Origin: Candidatus Aldehydirespiratoraceae bacterium
Lineage (GTDB): Bacteria > Actinomycetota > Acidimicrobiia > Acidimicrobiales > Aldehydirespiratoraceae
DNA: 64,000 bases
NCBI GenBank assembly: GCA_965204595.1
Contig: CBDBEW010000014.1
Span: forward strand, 656,107-720,106
Direction of reading: 5' to 3'
The notes below the pieces were generated by a model. It did no database searches, had not been told where the DNA came from, and saw only the letters and a list, made by a program, of their open reading frames with translations. Below are positions 1 through 9,901 of this stretch, piece after piece (positions within the stretch are counted from its first letter, which is position 1; each line of letters begins with the position of its first letter). The translations under genes and the position numbers were made by a program.

Positions 1-1131
1 TGATTGCAAGTGTTGGAGCGCTTGGTTGTAGCCGGTCAGGTCAAACTCGCCGTAAACGGCTAGATTGTCGAGTATGTCATATCCCCAGATTTTCAAGGAT
101 GCTTCTGACTGAAAATGCTCAGACACAAGAACCGCAGCATCGCCATCAATGATCGAAAATGTCTCAGTCGCGCTCCACTCGTCTGACACAACACCATTGG
201 TGCCAAGTTGATACTTGACTGTCACGGTTTCTGAGTTGTCACCAACTCCAGTTGGAAGCATGCTATATGACAGTCCTATACGGAAGTCATCAACGTTTGT
301 GCCGGTCACGCATGCTGCCCAGATATAGGGTGTAAACTCACAACCATCTGGAAGCACATTGCCATAGTCATTTAGGTCAGCATCAATGGCATAAAGAAAG
401 GCACTGGCACCGTTGCGGTCATCGAGTTTGTGCTGGAATGTCTCATAAAGCCATCCATCTGGCCCATCGCTATATGCACTATCCCAGTTTGAACTCTCAT
501 CGTTACCCCCAAAACATTCAGCCCATGTTTTCGGTGTTGAGACTTGCTGAGTTCCACCCGTGCGTAGATCGTAGAGGTGGCTTTGGACTGTGCTCTCTGC
601 TAAAGCGAACCCGACGTTATCAATGCGTTCACTCTCGAGCTTAGATACAACTAATCCAACGACACTGCCGCATTCGTCCAAAACAGGGCCGCCGCTGTTG
701 CCGCTATTCACAGCGGCATCTGTAACGATTAGCTGACCTTGGGTTGAGTCATCTAGAAATCGCGACAAGACACCACGAGTTACCCATGGTTGTTCGGACA
801 CAAACAGCGGGAAACCAACGATCGTCAAGTTAGTTCCGGGTGTCAGGCCCGACGATGAACCAAATGACAGCGGATCAGGCGGCTCGCTTGAAGATGCGGA
901 CAGCAGTGCGATATCTACAGCATCATCACGACCTACCACGGTCGCTCGCAACGAAGTTCCCTGATTGTGAAGTGTCGCACTCGTTGTGCCTTCAACAACA
1001 TGTTCTGCTGTTAGCCATTCGTTATCGCCAATGTAGAAAGCGGTGCCTGTGCCTGTTCTGGTACGCACTTGGTACACAGAGTTGAGCACTCGACGGGCGT
1101 GGTCGGAGAAATCACAATATTCGACACCGGT
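1..1131 (-). CDS. Trypsin-like (S1/HtrA-type) serine peptidase domain plus an unknown C-terminal region. The 3' end lies outside the window, and there is no own ATG start or signal peptide.
   Basis: The minus-strand frame is open from the TGA at 1132-1134 to position 1; it is absent from the ATG-based ORF track. My translation gives GTAFYIGDNEWLTAEHVVEG (His box), DDAVDIALL (Asp box) and AAVNSGNSGGPVLDECGSVVGLV (Ser box, about 660-730). Confidence 0.7.
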
Positions 1132-1868
1132 TCAGCATCCGCGGTACCAGACGTGGTACCATATGCTTCGCAGACCGGTGACTCGCGTTCGAACTGCACT
1201 TGGGGTTCGCCTTTGTATCGCCACAGAAAGGTGAGCATCTGTGCACGGTTTAGTCTCTGATTAGGTGAGAACGTCTTAGCTGAGGTCCCGTTGGTGATGC
1301 CTTCTTGCAACGCCCACCCAACACTCTTCTGTTGCCAGTTCGCGGTGACATCATCAAAGGAGCGATCCGGTGCTGCGGGCTCGCCCTTGAGTCTCCACAG
1401 AAACGTGACAATGTGCGCTCGGGTTAAGAATCCATCTGGGTCGAAAGTGGTGTCGGTTGCGCCGGTGGTGAGGTTCGCATCGGTGAGCCAAGCGACAGCC
1501 TCCTGATGATCCTGATTCGTGATGTCAACGAAACTGTGAGGCGGTGCCGGTGGCCGGTCCTGCATCTTCCACAAATGCACAGCAGTTTCGCCGCGGGTCA
1601 TCTCGGTGTTGGGCGAGAAGCAGGCCCCTTCGATGTTGATGATCTGGTTGTTTCGCGCCCATTGCACAGGCTGTGCATAGTAGTCATCTGTGGCTACATC
1701 GCCGAAACCAGCGACCGCTGACACTGGTGCCGCCTGAAGAGATGTCGCCGTGAGTGTGATGCCAACCACAATCGTCAGCAGCACCTTGAACTTACTCACA
1801 AGAACATGTCGCGTGACTAGGGCATCGGGAGTGGCTAAGACTGCAAAACGTTGCCATGGGCAGCACAT
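1011..1868 (-). CDS. Secreted S-layer-homology (SLH) repeat protein. It is probably the N-terminal part of a frameshifted SLH-protease gene.
   Basis: N-terminal hydrophobic signal (LLTIVVGITLTATSLQAAP). Three SLH-like repeats: F.D....WA/AVAWL...TTG....F.P....TR..M/I.TFLWR..G.P. Confidence 0.75.
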   Translation of the reverse strand: MCCPWQRFAVLATPDALVTRHVLVSKFKVLLTIVVGITLTATSLQAAPVSAVAGFGDVATDDYYAQPVQWARNNQIINIEGACFSPNTEMTRGETAVHLWKMQDRPPAPPHSFVDITNQDHQEAVAWLTDANLTTGATDTTFDPDGFLTRAHIVTFLWRLKGEPAAPDRSFDDVTANWQQKSVGWALQEGITNGTSAKTFSPNQRLNRAQMLTFLWRYKGEPQVQFERESPVCEAYGTTSGTADAEPVSNIVISPTTPVECSTLCTKCVPEQAQAPLSTLAITNG

Positions 1869-2035
1869 GAATCACATCATACACTGCACAAACAGCATAC
1901 GGTACGGCTTCCTAGTGTCCTAAGTGAATCACAACGGACACCCGCTTCAGTCACCTAGACCTCGGTTGCAATGAGCTGAGAAACATGGATATTCAAACTT
2001 TTAGCTGTGTGGCTTCGTGTAAAAAGTGTCGACAA

Positions 2036-2659
2036 TTAATCTGGAAAAGGCAAATCACAATCGGGTTTAGAAACAAGTGATTTGTATATTTCATCACCAC
2101 CCGAAGCCTCAAATGCATCACCTACTACTTTGAATGGATCGTTTGATCGGTCTCCTTCGATCTGATCATTAAGCGATTCGAAAAAACTGGTTGCTAGTGG
2201 CACGAGTTCGGTTGGCAACTTGTCTGTTGTCAGTTTGGCGAACGACACATTCTTGTTCATTGCTTGATACACTTCTGGTGCCACCGCCAAATAATCTGGG
2301 CCTTTAAACGTCTGATTGGGATCCTTCGCTAGAGATTCCAACATCTTTGTCAATTGTGAATGTGCCTGAAGAATATTCTGTCTAAAGACTTCCCAAATCA
2401 ACCAACATAGCTCGCCTATTGGTGTGGATGGATCATTCAAGCTAGACTTCACGACGCTCCACTCTGGAACATCTAGCATAGACGAAAACTCGGGTATGTT
2501 GGCTAAAAATTCATCAGTAGTAGATAACGATGTTGTTGATGTAGCGGACGTGGTCACGGTAGGTGTAATCTCGGCTCCAACGACGGTTGTTGATTGGGGT
2601 GAAGAGCACGCGTTGCCCAACAAGACTAGAATTAGAAAAACGACTAATCTATCGCACAT
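2036..2659 (-). CDS. Hypothetical secreted protein or lipoprotein; possible immunity partner of the upstream PLA2-lectin.
   Basis: Signal with a Cys-containing lipobox-like end (VLLGNAC/SS) and a Thr/Ser-rich linker. The start overlaps the upstream stop by 11 nt. I recognise no catalytic motif. Confidence 0.5.
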   Translation of the reverse strand: MCDRLVVFLILVLLGNACSSPQSTTVVGAEITPTVTTSATSTTSLSTTDEFLANIPEFSSMLDVPEWSVVKSSLNDPSTPIGELCWLIWEVFRQNILQAHSQLTKMLESLAKDPNQTFKGPDYLAVAPEVYQAMNKNVSFAKLTTDKLPTELVPLATSFFESLNDQIEGDRSNDPFKVVGDAFEASGGDEIYKSLVSKPDCDLPFPD

Positions 2660-3725
2660 ATTCTATCTTCCATCTATACCGACTGTTTAGCGCGTTACAG
2701 GTTGAACTCCGCAAATCCGCACCGTCTGCATATTTAGGTGGAATAACCCAGCAATTGCGCGTCATTGCTCGGCTATGAATGGTGTATTCATCTTTACTTC
2801 CAACACCGTAGATTGCGATTTTTTGAGCGTTAGAATTATTGACGCATTCATCAATCCAAACGCTATTCACAGACGCGCTGCAACGGTTATTTGGATAGAG
2901 CGGCTTGACTTGAAAATAGCCTGGCGAACTTGGGGAAGGCCAGATTTTATATTTCTGCTGGCTGACGTTTTTGCAACTCCAAATTTGAAGCGGTGTTCGT
3001 AGCGCAAGACTAGGGCCTTCCACGTCCAAACATCGCTTTGAAGCAACATTAACAAAACGAACTAAACCAGGATTCGGGTTCGTCACCACCACAGGTTCCA
3101 TTACTGCTCTATACGCCCCGATTTTAACTGTATTACAAAAACCACGATGCATAGATGCTCGATGTTTGCAGTGGGCATCCATCAACCGATAGAATACATT
3201 GTCACAGTCTCTGTCGGTTACGGTCCCTGAAAATGATGCCTTACGCAAATCATAGCAATAGTCATGCGCTTTGCAAGGTATCTGAAAGTCGTAGGACAGT
3301 GCTGTGTCTGATAAAATTGTGCAAGCTCCAGACTGACGCACAAGGACTTTTCCGTACTCTCTCGCAACGTTAGTTTCGTACCCCCAAACAGGAAAATAAT
3401 TGTTCGGAGCCCGAAACATCTCCCTAATCGGGCACTTCGCTGAATCGCTCTTAGACAAGTTAAGATATTCACTAGCCGATAAATTGCCATAATAACCCGC
3501 ACAATTGACATTGGAGTAGCTAATCTTTTTCATAATGTTGGCGTAGCTACTAGTTTTCACACGTGTTGTTACGGCAACACCGTTGTTCGCTGACAAAGAA
3601 CCACTGCGCGCTTGACTCGTTGCCACCGCTGGCAACGCAAAGATTAACAAAAGCGACATAATCACTAGCACATGAACTGAACCGCTTGGCGATCGACGGT
3701 TCATTGACTTGCGACTAGGAGACAC
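2649..3725 (-). CDS. Secreted phospholipase-A2-like domain fused to a ricin-type beta-trefoil lectin.
   Basis: Signal peptide (LLLIFALPAVATSQA). CKAHDYCYD matches the sPLA2 CxxHDxCY catalytic motif, with several flanking Cys. The C-terminal part has KRCLDVEG...LQIWSC...QKYKIW...YRWKI, which are QxW-like trefoil repeats. Confidence 0.55.
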   Translation of the reverse strand: MSPSRKSMNRRSPSGSVHVLVIMSLLLIFALPAVATSQARSGSLSANNGVAVTTRVKTSSYANIMKKISYSNVNCAGYYGNLSASEYLNLSKSDSAKCPIREMFRAPNNYFPVWGYETNVAREYGKVLVRQSGACTILSDTALSYDFQIPCKAHDYCYDLRKASFSGTVTDRDCDNVFYRLMDAHCKHRASMHRGFCNTVKIGAYRAVMEPVVVTNPNPGLVRFVNVASKRCLDVEGPSLALRTPLQIWSCKNVSQQKYKIWPSPSSPGYFQVKPLYPNNRCSASVNSVWIDECVNNSNAQKIAIYGVGSKDEYTIHSRAMTRNCWVIPPKYADGADLRSSTCNALNSRYRWKIEYVR

Positions 3726-3730
3726 CCTTC

Positions 3731-3766
3731 CACAATAACATATAATCGCACAATAACATATAATCG
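3731..3766. repeat. Perfect 18-bp tandem duplication (cacaataacatataatcg x2). Each copy contains TATAAT.
   Basis: Read directly: copy 1 is 3731-3748 and copy 2 is 3749-3766. It lies in the divergent region between the PLA2-lectin start (3725) and the aquaporin. Confidence 0.9.
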
Positions 3767-4042
3767 CAGAAATGTAAATCGCGCTAACGCAATTTCTCGC
3801 GTGCGTGTGAAATAGGCGGAAATAGCGGTAATCACGGGTAGTTTTTCTGAGATGTCATTGCGCGCGCTTGCGAAGGGAGCACGAGCGCAATGGGTCCCCA
3901 GAATCGGCACCGAACGCAACCACCGAACACGAGAAATTCGACTCTGAGCCGCTCACTTACGGCGACAGGTGCCACGTGGTCGTTCAATACCGTTACTGGA
4001 CGGTTGAAGCCATACGCGAGCAAAAAACTTGGTTATATTCGT

Positions 4043-4726
4043 ATGCTGATTGCAGTGTGGATCCGTAAAGTGGTGCCTGAGGTCATAGGCACGGCGTTTT
4101 TGTTGATCGGGGTGGTTGGCTCGGGCATAATGGCGCAACGACTCTCCCCCAACGATGTCGGACTGCAACTACTCCAAAACGCCGCCGCTACTGCTGCGGT
4201 GCTGTTCGCGATTATCGTGGCGTTCGGCCCAGTATCGGGAGCGCATTTCAATCCAGTGGTCACAATCGCAGATTGGGCTTTAGGAGATTTCCCCAAACGC
4301 CACATCGCGCCATACATAGCCGCGCAACTCAGCGGGGCTCTGCTGGGCACGGTGCTAGCCAACTTGATGTTTGACCTCGCCGCCATCGAAGTGTCGACCA
4401 ACACTAGATCGGGAGCACACCTTTGGCTTGGTGAGTTGATCGCCACCGTTGGTTTGTTGACAGTGATCTTCTCGCTTGTGCATAGCCAGCGAAGCAACTT
4501 GATTGCGGGATCGGTGGCCGCTTACATCGGTGGTGCCTACTATTTCACATCATCCACAAGCTTCGCTAACCCGGCTGTGACTTTTGGGCGAATGTTCTCC
4601 GACACATTCGCAGGCATCAAACCAGACTCCGCACCGATGTTTATTGTCACCCAACTTATTGGACTGCTCATCGCGGTGGCACTAATACGTTTCCTCTACC
4701 CGGCAAGCAAGACATCATCCAACTGA
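4043..4726 (+). CDS. MIP-family channel (aquaporin/aquaglyceroporin).
   Basis: Two half-site motifs, SGAHFNPVVT and SFANPAVTFGR, and six hydrophobic segments. I prefer the in-frame ATG at 4043 over the track start at 3890, whose extension is not channel-like. Confidence 0.85.
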   Translation: MLIAVWIRKVVPEVIGTAFLLIGVVGSGIMAQRLSPNDVGLQLLQNAAATAAVLFAIIVAFGPVSGAHFNPVVTIADWALGDFPKRHIAPYIAAQLSGALLGTVLANLMFDLAAIEVSTNTRSGAHLWLGELIATVGLLTVIFSLVHSQRSNLIAGSVAAYIGGAYYFTSSTSFANPAVTFGRMFSDTFAGIKPDSAPMFIVTQLIGLLIAVALIRFLYPASKTSSN

Positions 4727-4790
4727 ACTACACGCAACAAACAAGGCGCAGGTTGGGCAAGCAACAGGTGCTGTCACACACGAGGTGCCG

Positions 4791-7598
4791 TCACACACGC
4801 TCCTGATCTCTGTTGGCTGGGGGAACGGGAGCGAGGTAGCCCACGATCAACAACAAAATCCCTACACCCAAGAACGAAACCACACGGGCGACAGCGGTGA
4901 GGTTACTCAAGTCAACAAGAAACAATTTGACGACCACAACAGCCATAAGAGACACGCCCGCCATCCAAACCAGCCGGTGGGCTAAACGGACACCGGCAAC
5001 CATTCCGCCGAGTCCCACAGCGGCCCAGATAAGAGAAAGTGAAGCTTGCAAAGTAGTGGAGGTTGCCAAAGCCTCAAGCTCCCATTCAACATCAAGCCAA
5101 TGATGAACCGTACGTGCCGCTTCCATCGTTACAGCAACGATACCGAACACCGCCAAAGCCGGAACCCACGACCCCTTAACCAAATCCTGGAACCAAAGTT
5201 TTTCTAAGGACACAGCCAGCCGTTTCCAACGCAGCGACACAGCAAGTAGTGTAGCCACCAACAAACTGAGAGGGTTAAGCACAGGCAGGTAAGGCACAGG
5301 TGACGGGTCCGCCGATGAGACGAAGAAGAGCACAGTAGCCCAAGTCGCCAACACCAGCAAGAGCACACCTACACAGTTGCCCGAATAGGTGCGTCTGTGT
5401 AACTTCAACGGCCAATCTAGGACACCCCCACCTGAGACAGGGTCAGTTCGCAGGGTTGCTGCGGTCAACAACACTCCACCTCCGAGAGCTGCAAAAGTCG
5501 GCCACACATCGTCAGCGAACTGGTCAACCTGCCAAAAAATCTCAAAGCCAAGCAAAGCCGCCAGCAAAAAGTAGCTTCCTGCGTGCAGGGCTGAACTGAA
5601 CTGTGTAAAAACTGCTTCACGGGTACAAAGGAACCCATAGTTGGCGGCCAAAGCAAGTGGCCAAGCCACCCAGCCATACTCATCTAGCGGGTGGGTTTGA
5701 TTGGAAACAGAAATTACAAACGCAACCAGCAAGGTCGGGGTGATCATCAACCCCAAGGTTGCGAGTTGAGGCCAGTTGAGGTAACTCGCTGCAATCACCG
5801 CAACTCCAAAAGTGCCAACCATAAAGCCTAGCGATGCCGACAACTGAGCCGAAGAAAGGTGCGAAGCAATCTCCCAGAGTCCCCCTGCCACCCAAAACAA
5901 TACTCCCCAAATTAGGGTTAACCACGGCAACTCCAACGCTGTTTCATCGCGTCTGCGTTCACGGTAGAGCCAGGCTGACATGAACCCAGCTACTGCTAAC
6001 GCCAGGAATCCGAGGGAGTAGACGTTGAAGATCGGCAGCGCGTCGTTCGGGTAAAGAGCCAAGCCAGCTTGATCTCCGCCTAGCAACTCCTCTGAGTCCA
6101 AAAAGACCAAGAAAGCGAGCGCAGCTAACACCTGTAGCAGCAAACCACCGTAACGGTAGATCATTTGTTGATGACGGCAACCGAACCAGACGAGCACCGC
6201 ACCCTGCAAAGCCCATGTGGTTGAGGTGAAGTTCGCATTCAATCCAAACGGCACCGCGATCGCCAAAAAAGTAACCGCTAGTGCAGCGTAAGCATTAGAC
6301 AATGGACGACTCTTGATCCCTGAGCTGCGCGTATACAACGCTAAACTTGCCAGCATTGCTGCCAACACAAGCGAACTTACAGCCAACCCATACTTGCTGT
6401 CGTTGAGCAGCAGATACTGAAGTCCTAACGCGGTGAAAGGAGTGCCAAAAACTAGTGGAGCAGTCCACGGATCCGTAATGTCAGGCACCTTCTTGAAAGC
6501 GAACAAGGGAGGAATTGCGATGTACAACAGAATCAACACGGCGATAAAGGGCTGCGTGGACAACCAATCGTCTGAGTCGTAATACGCATTGAGCCATTGC
6601 GCCGATATTGCGAAGGTCAACACCCAACCCAGCAGGTTAAGTTCTTGCCACACCTTAAACCAAGCAACCACCACAATCGCAGCACTCAACACGACATAGA
6701 AACCAAACAGCGCCACATTGTCTTCGGGTTGCCTATACACCAACACAGGTGCGAGAAAACCGCCGATGATGCCAAGCACTGCTAACGACCTTGCATCTTG
6801 AAGCACCGCTAGCACTCCCGCACCGACCGTGATCAACACCACCGCCAAACCGCCCGGTAGCGCGCCGATAACGTCATATACTGCGAACGCAGCGTAGGTG
6901 GTCAGATAGAGCACAGCCACCCCTCCGCCCTGCAAGCTGAGACCATAAATCCGATGCGTTTCCCGCAAACGCCAACCAATGGCAAGCATCACCAAACCAA
7001 ACAAAGCCACCGCGATTATGCCCATCTCAACTGTGAGTGTGATGAAGCCCCGCTCGTTCGCCTCTTGAATCAGTAGTCCTAACCCGATTAGTGAGACCAA
7101 TACGCCCACTGTCACTGGTAGGTTGCCTCTCGCAATCCACGCTTTGAAAACAGTGCTGGGTGCAGAGATATTGTCGCCACCCGTTGCATCTGTTGATTCG
7201 GTCGGCTTGCTTGCGGTAATTGTTGTGCTTACGTTAGCCGGCGTGCTTACGCTAGTCGGTGTGGTTGCATTAGTCGGCTTCTTGGAGGTGCGGTTCCACT
7301 TCGGGTAATACGGGGTCGGCGCAGAAAGGGGACTCACTGATCTCTGAGGCTGTATGGGTACACCAGATTTATGCATATCTTGTGCACTGCCCGGCGATGT
7401 TTGCGTTGGTGGCGGTAGCGCGCTCTCAACCCACCGCTGAGGTGTTTCAAGAGTTTCTATACGCTTTCGTAAGTCTATGTACAGACCCAGCAATAGCCCA
7501 AACCCCGCGCCGACAAATAAACCCGCCCAACCCCCAGCAGACGCGCCAAACATTACCCCGATCAATGTCAGCAATACAGTCAGCAAACGCATATGCAA
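4791..7598 (-). CDS. Large polytopic membrane protein, DUF2339-like.
   Basis: 935 aa with an N-terminal TM segment and a Pro/Thr/Ser-rich linker, followed by more than 20 hydrophobic helices. The architecture is typical of DUF2339. The assignment is by overall pattern only. Confidence 0.55.
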   Translation of the reverse strand: MHMRLLTVLLTLIGVMFGASAGGWAGLFVGAGFGLLLGLYIDLRKRIETLETPQRWVESALPPPTQTSPGSAQDMHKSGVPIQPQRSVSPLSAPTPYYPKWNRTSKKPTNATTPTSVSTPANVSTTITASKPTESTDATGGDNISAPSTVFKAWIARGNLPVTVGVLVSLIGLGLLIQEANERGFITLTVEMGIIAVALFGLVMLAIGWRLRETHRIYGLSLQGGGVAVLYLTTYAAFAVYDVIGALPGGLAVVLITVGAGVLAVLQDARSLAVLGIIGGFLAPVLVYRQPEDNVALFGFYVVLSAAIVVVAWFKVWQELNLLGWVLTFAISAQWLNAYYDSDDWLSTQPFIAVLILLYIAIPPLFAFKKVPDITDPWTAPLVFGTPFTALGLQYLLLNDSKYGLAVSSLVLAAMLASLALYTRSSGIKSRPLSNAYAALAVTFLAIAVPFGLNANFTSTTWALQGAVLVWFGCRHQQMIYRYGGLLLQVLAALAFLVFLDSEELLGGDQAGLALYPNDALPIFNVYSLGFLALAVAGFMSAWLYRERRRDETALELPWLTLIWGVLFWVAGGLWEIASHLSSAQLSASLGFMVGTFGVAVIAASYLNWPQLATLGLMITPTLLVAFVISVSNQTHPLDEYGWVAWPLALAANYGFLCTREAVFTQFSSALHAGSYFLLAALLGFEIFWQVDQFADDVWPTFAALGGGVLLTAATLRTDPVSGGGVLDWPLKLHRRTYSGNCVGVLLLVLATWATVLFFVSSADPSPVPYLPVLNPLSLLVATLLAVSLRWKRLAVSLEKLWFQDLVKGSWVPALAVFGIVAVTMEAARTVHHWLDVEWELEALATSTTLQASLSLIWAAVGLGGMVAGVRLAHRLVWMAGVSLMAVVVVKLFLVDLSNLTAVARVVSFLGVGILLLIVGYLAPVPPANRDQERV

Positions 7599-7607
7599 CT
7601 AGACACT

Positions 7608-8783
7608 TCAATCGATCCTTGCAAGTAACGCTAGGTAGCGTTGGCGCACCGCTGACCAACTAAAGTAACTCTTCACATAATGGTTGCCTGCTTGCGCTAA
7701 CTTGCTACGAAGATCACTATCATCACGCAAGCGATTCATCGCAACTTCAAACTCCGCATAATTGCTATACCATAGCCCGCCACCAGAACTCTGACAATGT
7801 TCTCGTGTGGGCCCACACCAACCGTTAACCAAAACAGCGGTTTTCACCAACCAAGCCTCAAGCATCACCAACGAAAAAGACTCCATCTGTGAAGGATTGA
7901 CGAGAGCATAGGACGCTGCCAACAAACCATATTTCTGCTGTTCCGATACCGGTCCGACACACACCACACCTTCGGTTTCGTCCATCACGTCCACTATCGG
8001 ACCAGCAAAAACCAACTTTCCATTACCTCGTCTACTACGCAGTGCTGCAAAGAACTTCAACAGTTCATTGGTGCCTTTACCTGTCACTACCCGTCCCAAG
8101 AAAAGAGCAAACGGTTCATCATCAAGGCCTAACTCAGCACAGGTCGTTTCAGGATCAATCGTAAAGTTAGGTTCTTCAACAGGTAAACCAACAATCGTTT
8201 GAGGAGTTCGGGCGGTGAGCGGGAAGCGGCTTAGCACCAAATTCTGTTCGGGTCGACTGTAGTGCGCTAGAGCCGATACCGCACCGAACATCTCATCAAA
8301 CACGGGAAGCCAAAGAGCTTGCTCAGGGTGAGCGGCGGCGTGAAGAACTGTAGGGACACGCGCTACCTCAACCCCCCGAACGGCTGGATGATATAGGTAC
8401 GGTGAAAGTGCCAAAACTCCGCTATCAACTTGCGCGATTGCATCCACTAAAGTTCTGCTGGTCGGACCTTGCTCGTCTAACCAACGGTTTGCGTCTTGCA
8501 AACTAGCTTGTTCAGGATTCGGCAAAAGACGTTCGCACGAAGCTTGAAACTTAGATGAACGTGGAAAATCAACACTAAAACGCGAAACATGAACACCGTC
8601 TTCAATCGCCGTACCCTCGCAATAGTGGTTTGCCCACGACACAAACGAGTATGCACGTGTGGTCAGCACCGCAACATTTAGTCCATCGGCACTGAGCCGT
8701 GTGGCAAAAGCTCGAACGCCTTGTTCAGCACCACCAAGCACTTTCTCGCCATAACGTGGTGTCACGAAGGTAATATCTGTCAT
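7608..8783 (-). CDS. Glycosyltransferase, GT-B fold (GT4-like).
   Basis: C-terminal GT1/GT4 pattern: FLGRVVTGKGTNELLKFF ... E.FSLVMLEAW. There is a 4-nt start/stop overlap with the upstream gene. Confidence 0.7.
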   Translation of the reverse strand: MTDITFVTPRYGEKVLGGAEQGVRAFATRLSADGLNVAVLTTRAYSFVSWANHYCEGTAIEDGVHVSRFSVDFPRSSKFQASCERLLPNPEQASLQDANRWLDEQGPTSRTLVDAIAQVDSGVLALSPYLYHPAVRGVEVARVPTVLHAAAHPEQALWLPVFDEMFGAVSALAHYSRPEQNLVLSRFPLTARTPQTIVGLPVEEPNFTIDPETTCAELGLDDEPFALFLGRVVTGKGTNELLKFFAALRSRRGNGKLVFAGPIVDVMDETEGVVCVGPVSEQQKYGLLAASYALVNPSQMESFSLVMLEAWLVKTAVLVNGWCGPTREHCQSSGGGLWYSNYAEFEVAMNRLRDDSDLRSKLAQAGNHYVKSYFSWSAVRQRYLALLARID

Positions 8784-9901
8784 CTCTGCTCCCTTTGATT
8801 ATCAAGCATCGGGGCAAGTATCTTCGTTAGTATCGCACGGGATGCATTAGGACCGACTTCTGCTGCTCTGATTAGTCCTTTTTTCACAATATCCCGGCGT
8901 AGTTTGGAACTCGCGAGGAGTTTCTCCACAGCAACGGCAACGGTTGCAGGCGATTTATCACGCAAGATCAAACCTGCCCCGTTCAAAGTTTCTGCAACAG
9001 CCGTCGCTTCATAAGCAATCACTGGCACACCCCAAGCCATTGCTTCCACCAAGGGAGCACAAAACCCTTCATGTTCTGATAGACAAACAAACAAGTCGGC
9101 TCGTTGATACCAAGCCACTAAGTCGGGTAGCGACATTGAACCAAGAAAGCGAACCGAGGCAGCAACATCTAACGTTTGTGCGAAGTCTTTTAGGGCAGCT
9201 TCGTAAGTATCAGCGGCTGAAACTCCAACCAACGCCAGTTCAACATTAGGTATAGAACGCCTGAGCAAAGCCAAGGTTGACAGTAACTCATGCTGGCATT
9301 TGTTGGGTGCTAGCCGGCCAACAAACAAGATCGTTGCCTTCGATTCATAACCCAAATTCTTTCGCCCGCGGTTCTCACGCTCAGCTACATCGGTCAATGT
9401 CAAAGCATCACCTGACGGCAACACGTTGTCATTGATCAAAACTGGCGCAACTTCCACAGAGCGCAACCCTAGTGAGCGCAATTCGCTGCGGTTAAACTCT
9501 GAGTCGGCAATCCCGATGCTTGCCTTAAGACAGAGTTGCGGGAGTTGCCTGCGACCAAGTTCTAATTCGGCAGCAAGCTCGGGGCGCCACCCACGATAAT
9601 AGCGAGATGGTGTCATGTTGTGATAGTTGACAATTATCGGTTCGGGACGGGTCAACAGATAGTCAACCACCGGGGTGCCAGTGGAGGATTGATAAATAAT
9701 TAGGTCAGGAGCCTCGTCGCTGGCGTGTTGATGATACGGCACCGCTTGATTGTGGTTTTCTGGGCTTATGTGGGCTGCATATATTTTGGTTTGGGCACCT
9801 AACTTTTGGAGCAGTGCGTCAAGGGCAAATGTGTGGTAGCCAACAGCATCTCGCCCGCTTAAAACCGCCGTGAATTGATGTACGATTGGCTGTTTTTTCA
9901 C
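8780..9901 (-). CDS. Glycosyltransferase family 4 (GT-B).
   Basis: FVGRLAPNKCQHELL ... SEHEGFCAPLVEAMAWGVPVIAY, which includes the EX7E-type motif. Confidence 0.8.
   Translation of the reverse strand: MKKQPIVHQFTAVLSGRDAVGYHTFALDALLQKLGAQTKIYAAHISPENHNQAVPYHQHASDEAPDLIIYQSSTGTPVVDYLLTRPEPIIVNYHNMTPSRYYRGWRPELAAELELGRRQLPQLCLKASIGIADSEFNRSELRSLGLRSVEVAPVLINDNVLPSGDALTLTDVAERENRGRKNLGYESKATILFVGRLAPNKCQHELLSTLALLRRSIPNVELALVGVSAADTYEAALKDFAQTLDVAASVRFLGSMSLPDLVAWYQRADLFVCLSEHEGFCAPLVEAMAWGVPVIAYEATAVAETLNGAGLILRDKSPATVAVAVEKLLASSKLRRDIVKKGLIRAAEVGPNASRAILTKILAPMLDNQREQR

Noticed and set aside
1011-1131. Programmed -1 ribosomal frameshifting joining the SLH and protease frames.
   Set aside because: I found no slippery heptamer or obvious downstream pseudoknot in the 120-nt overlap. 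An indel or a sequencing error is more parsimonious.
3890-4042. A 51-codon N-terminal extension of the aquaporin ORF.
   Set aside because: The extension is hydrophilic and Arg/Thr-rich and unlike MIP N-termini. ATG 4043 begins directly before the first TM helix. It is kept only as an alternative in the leader finding.
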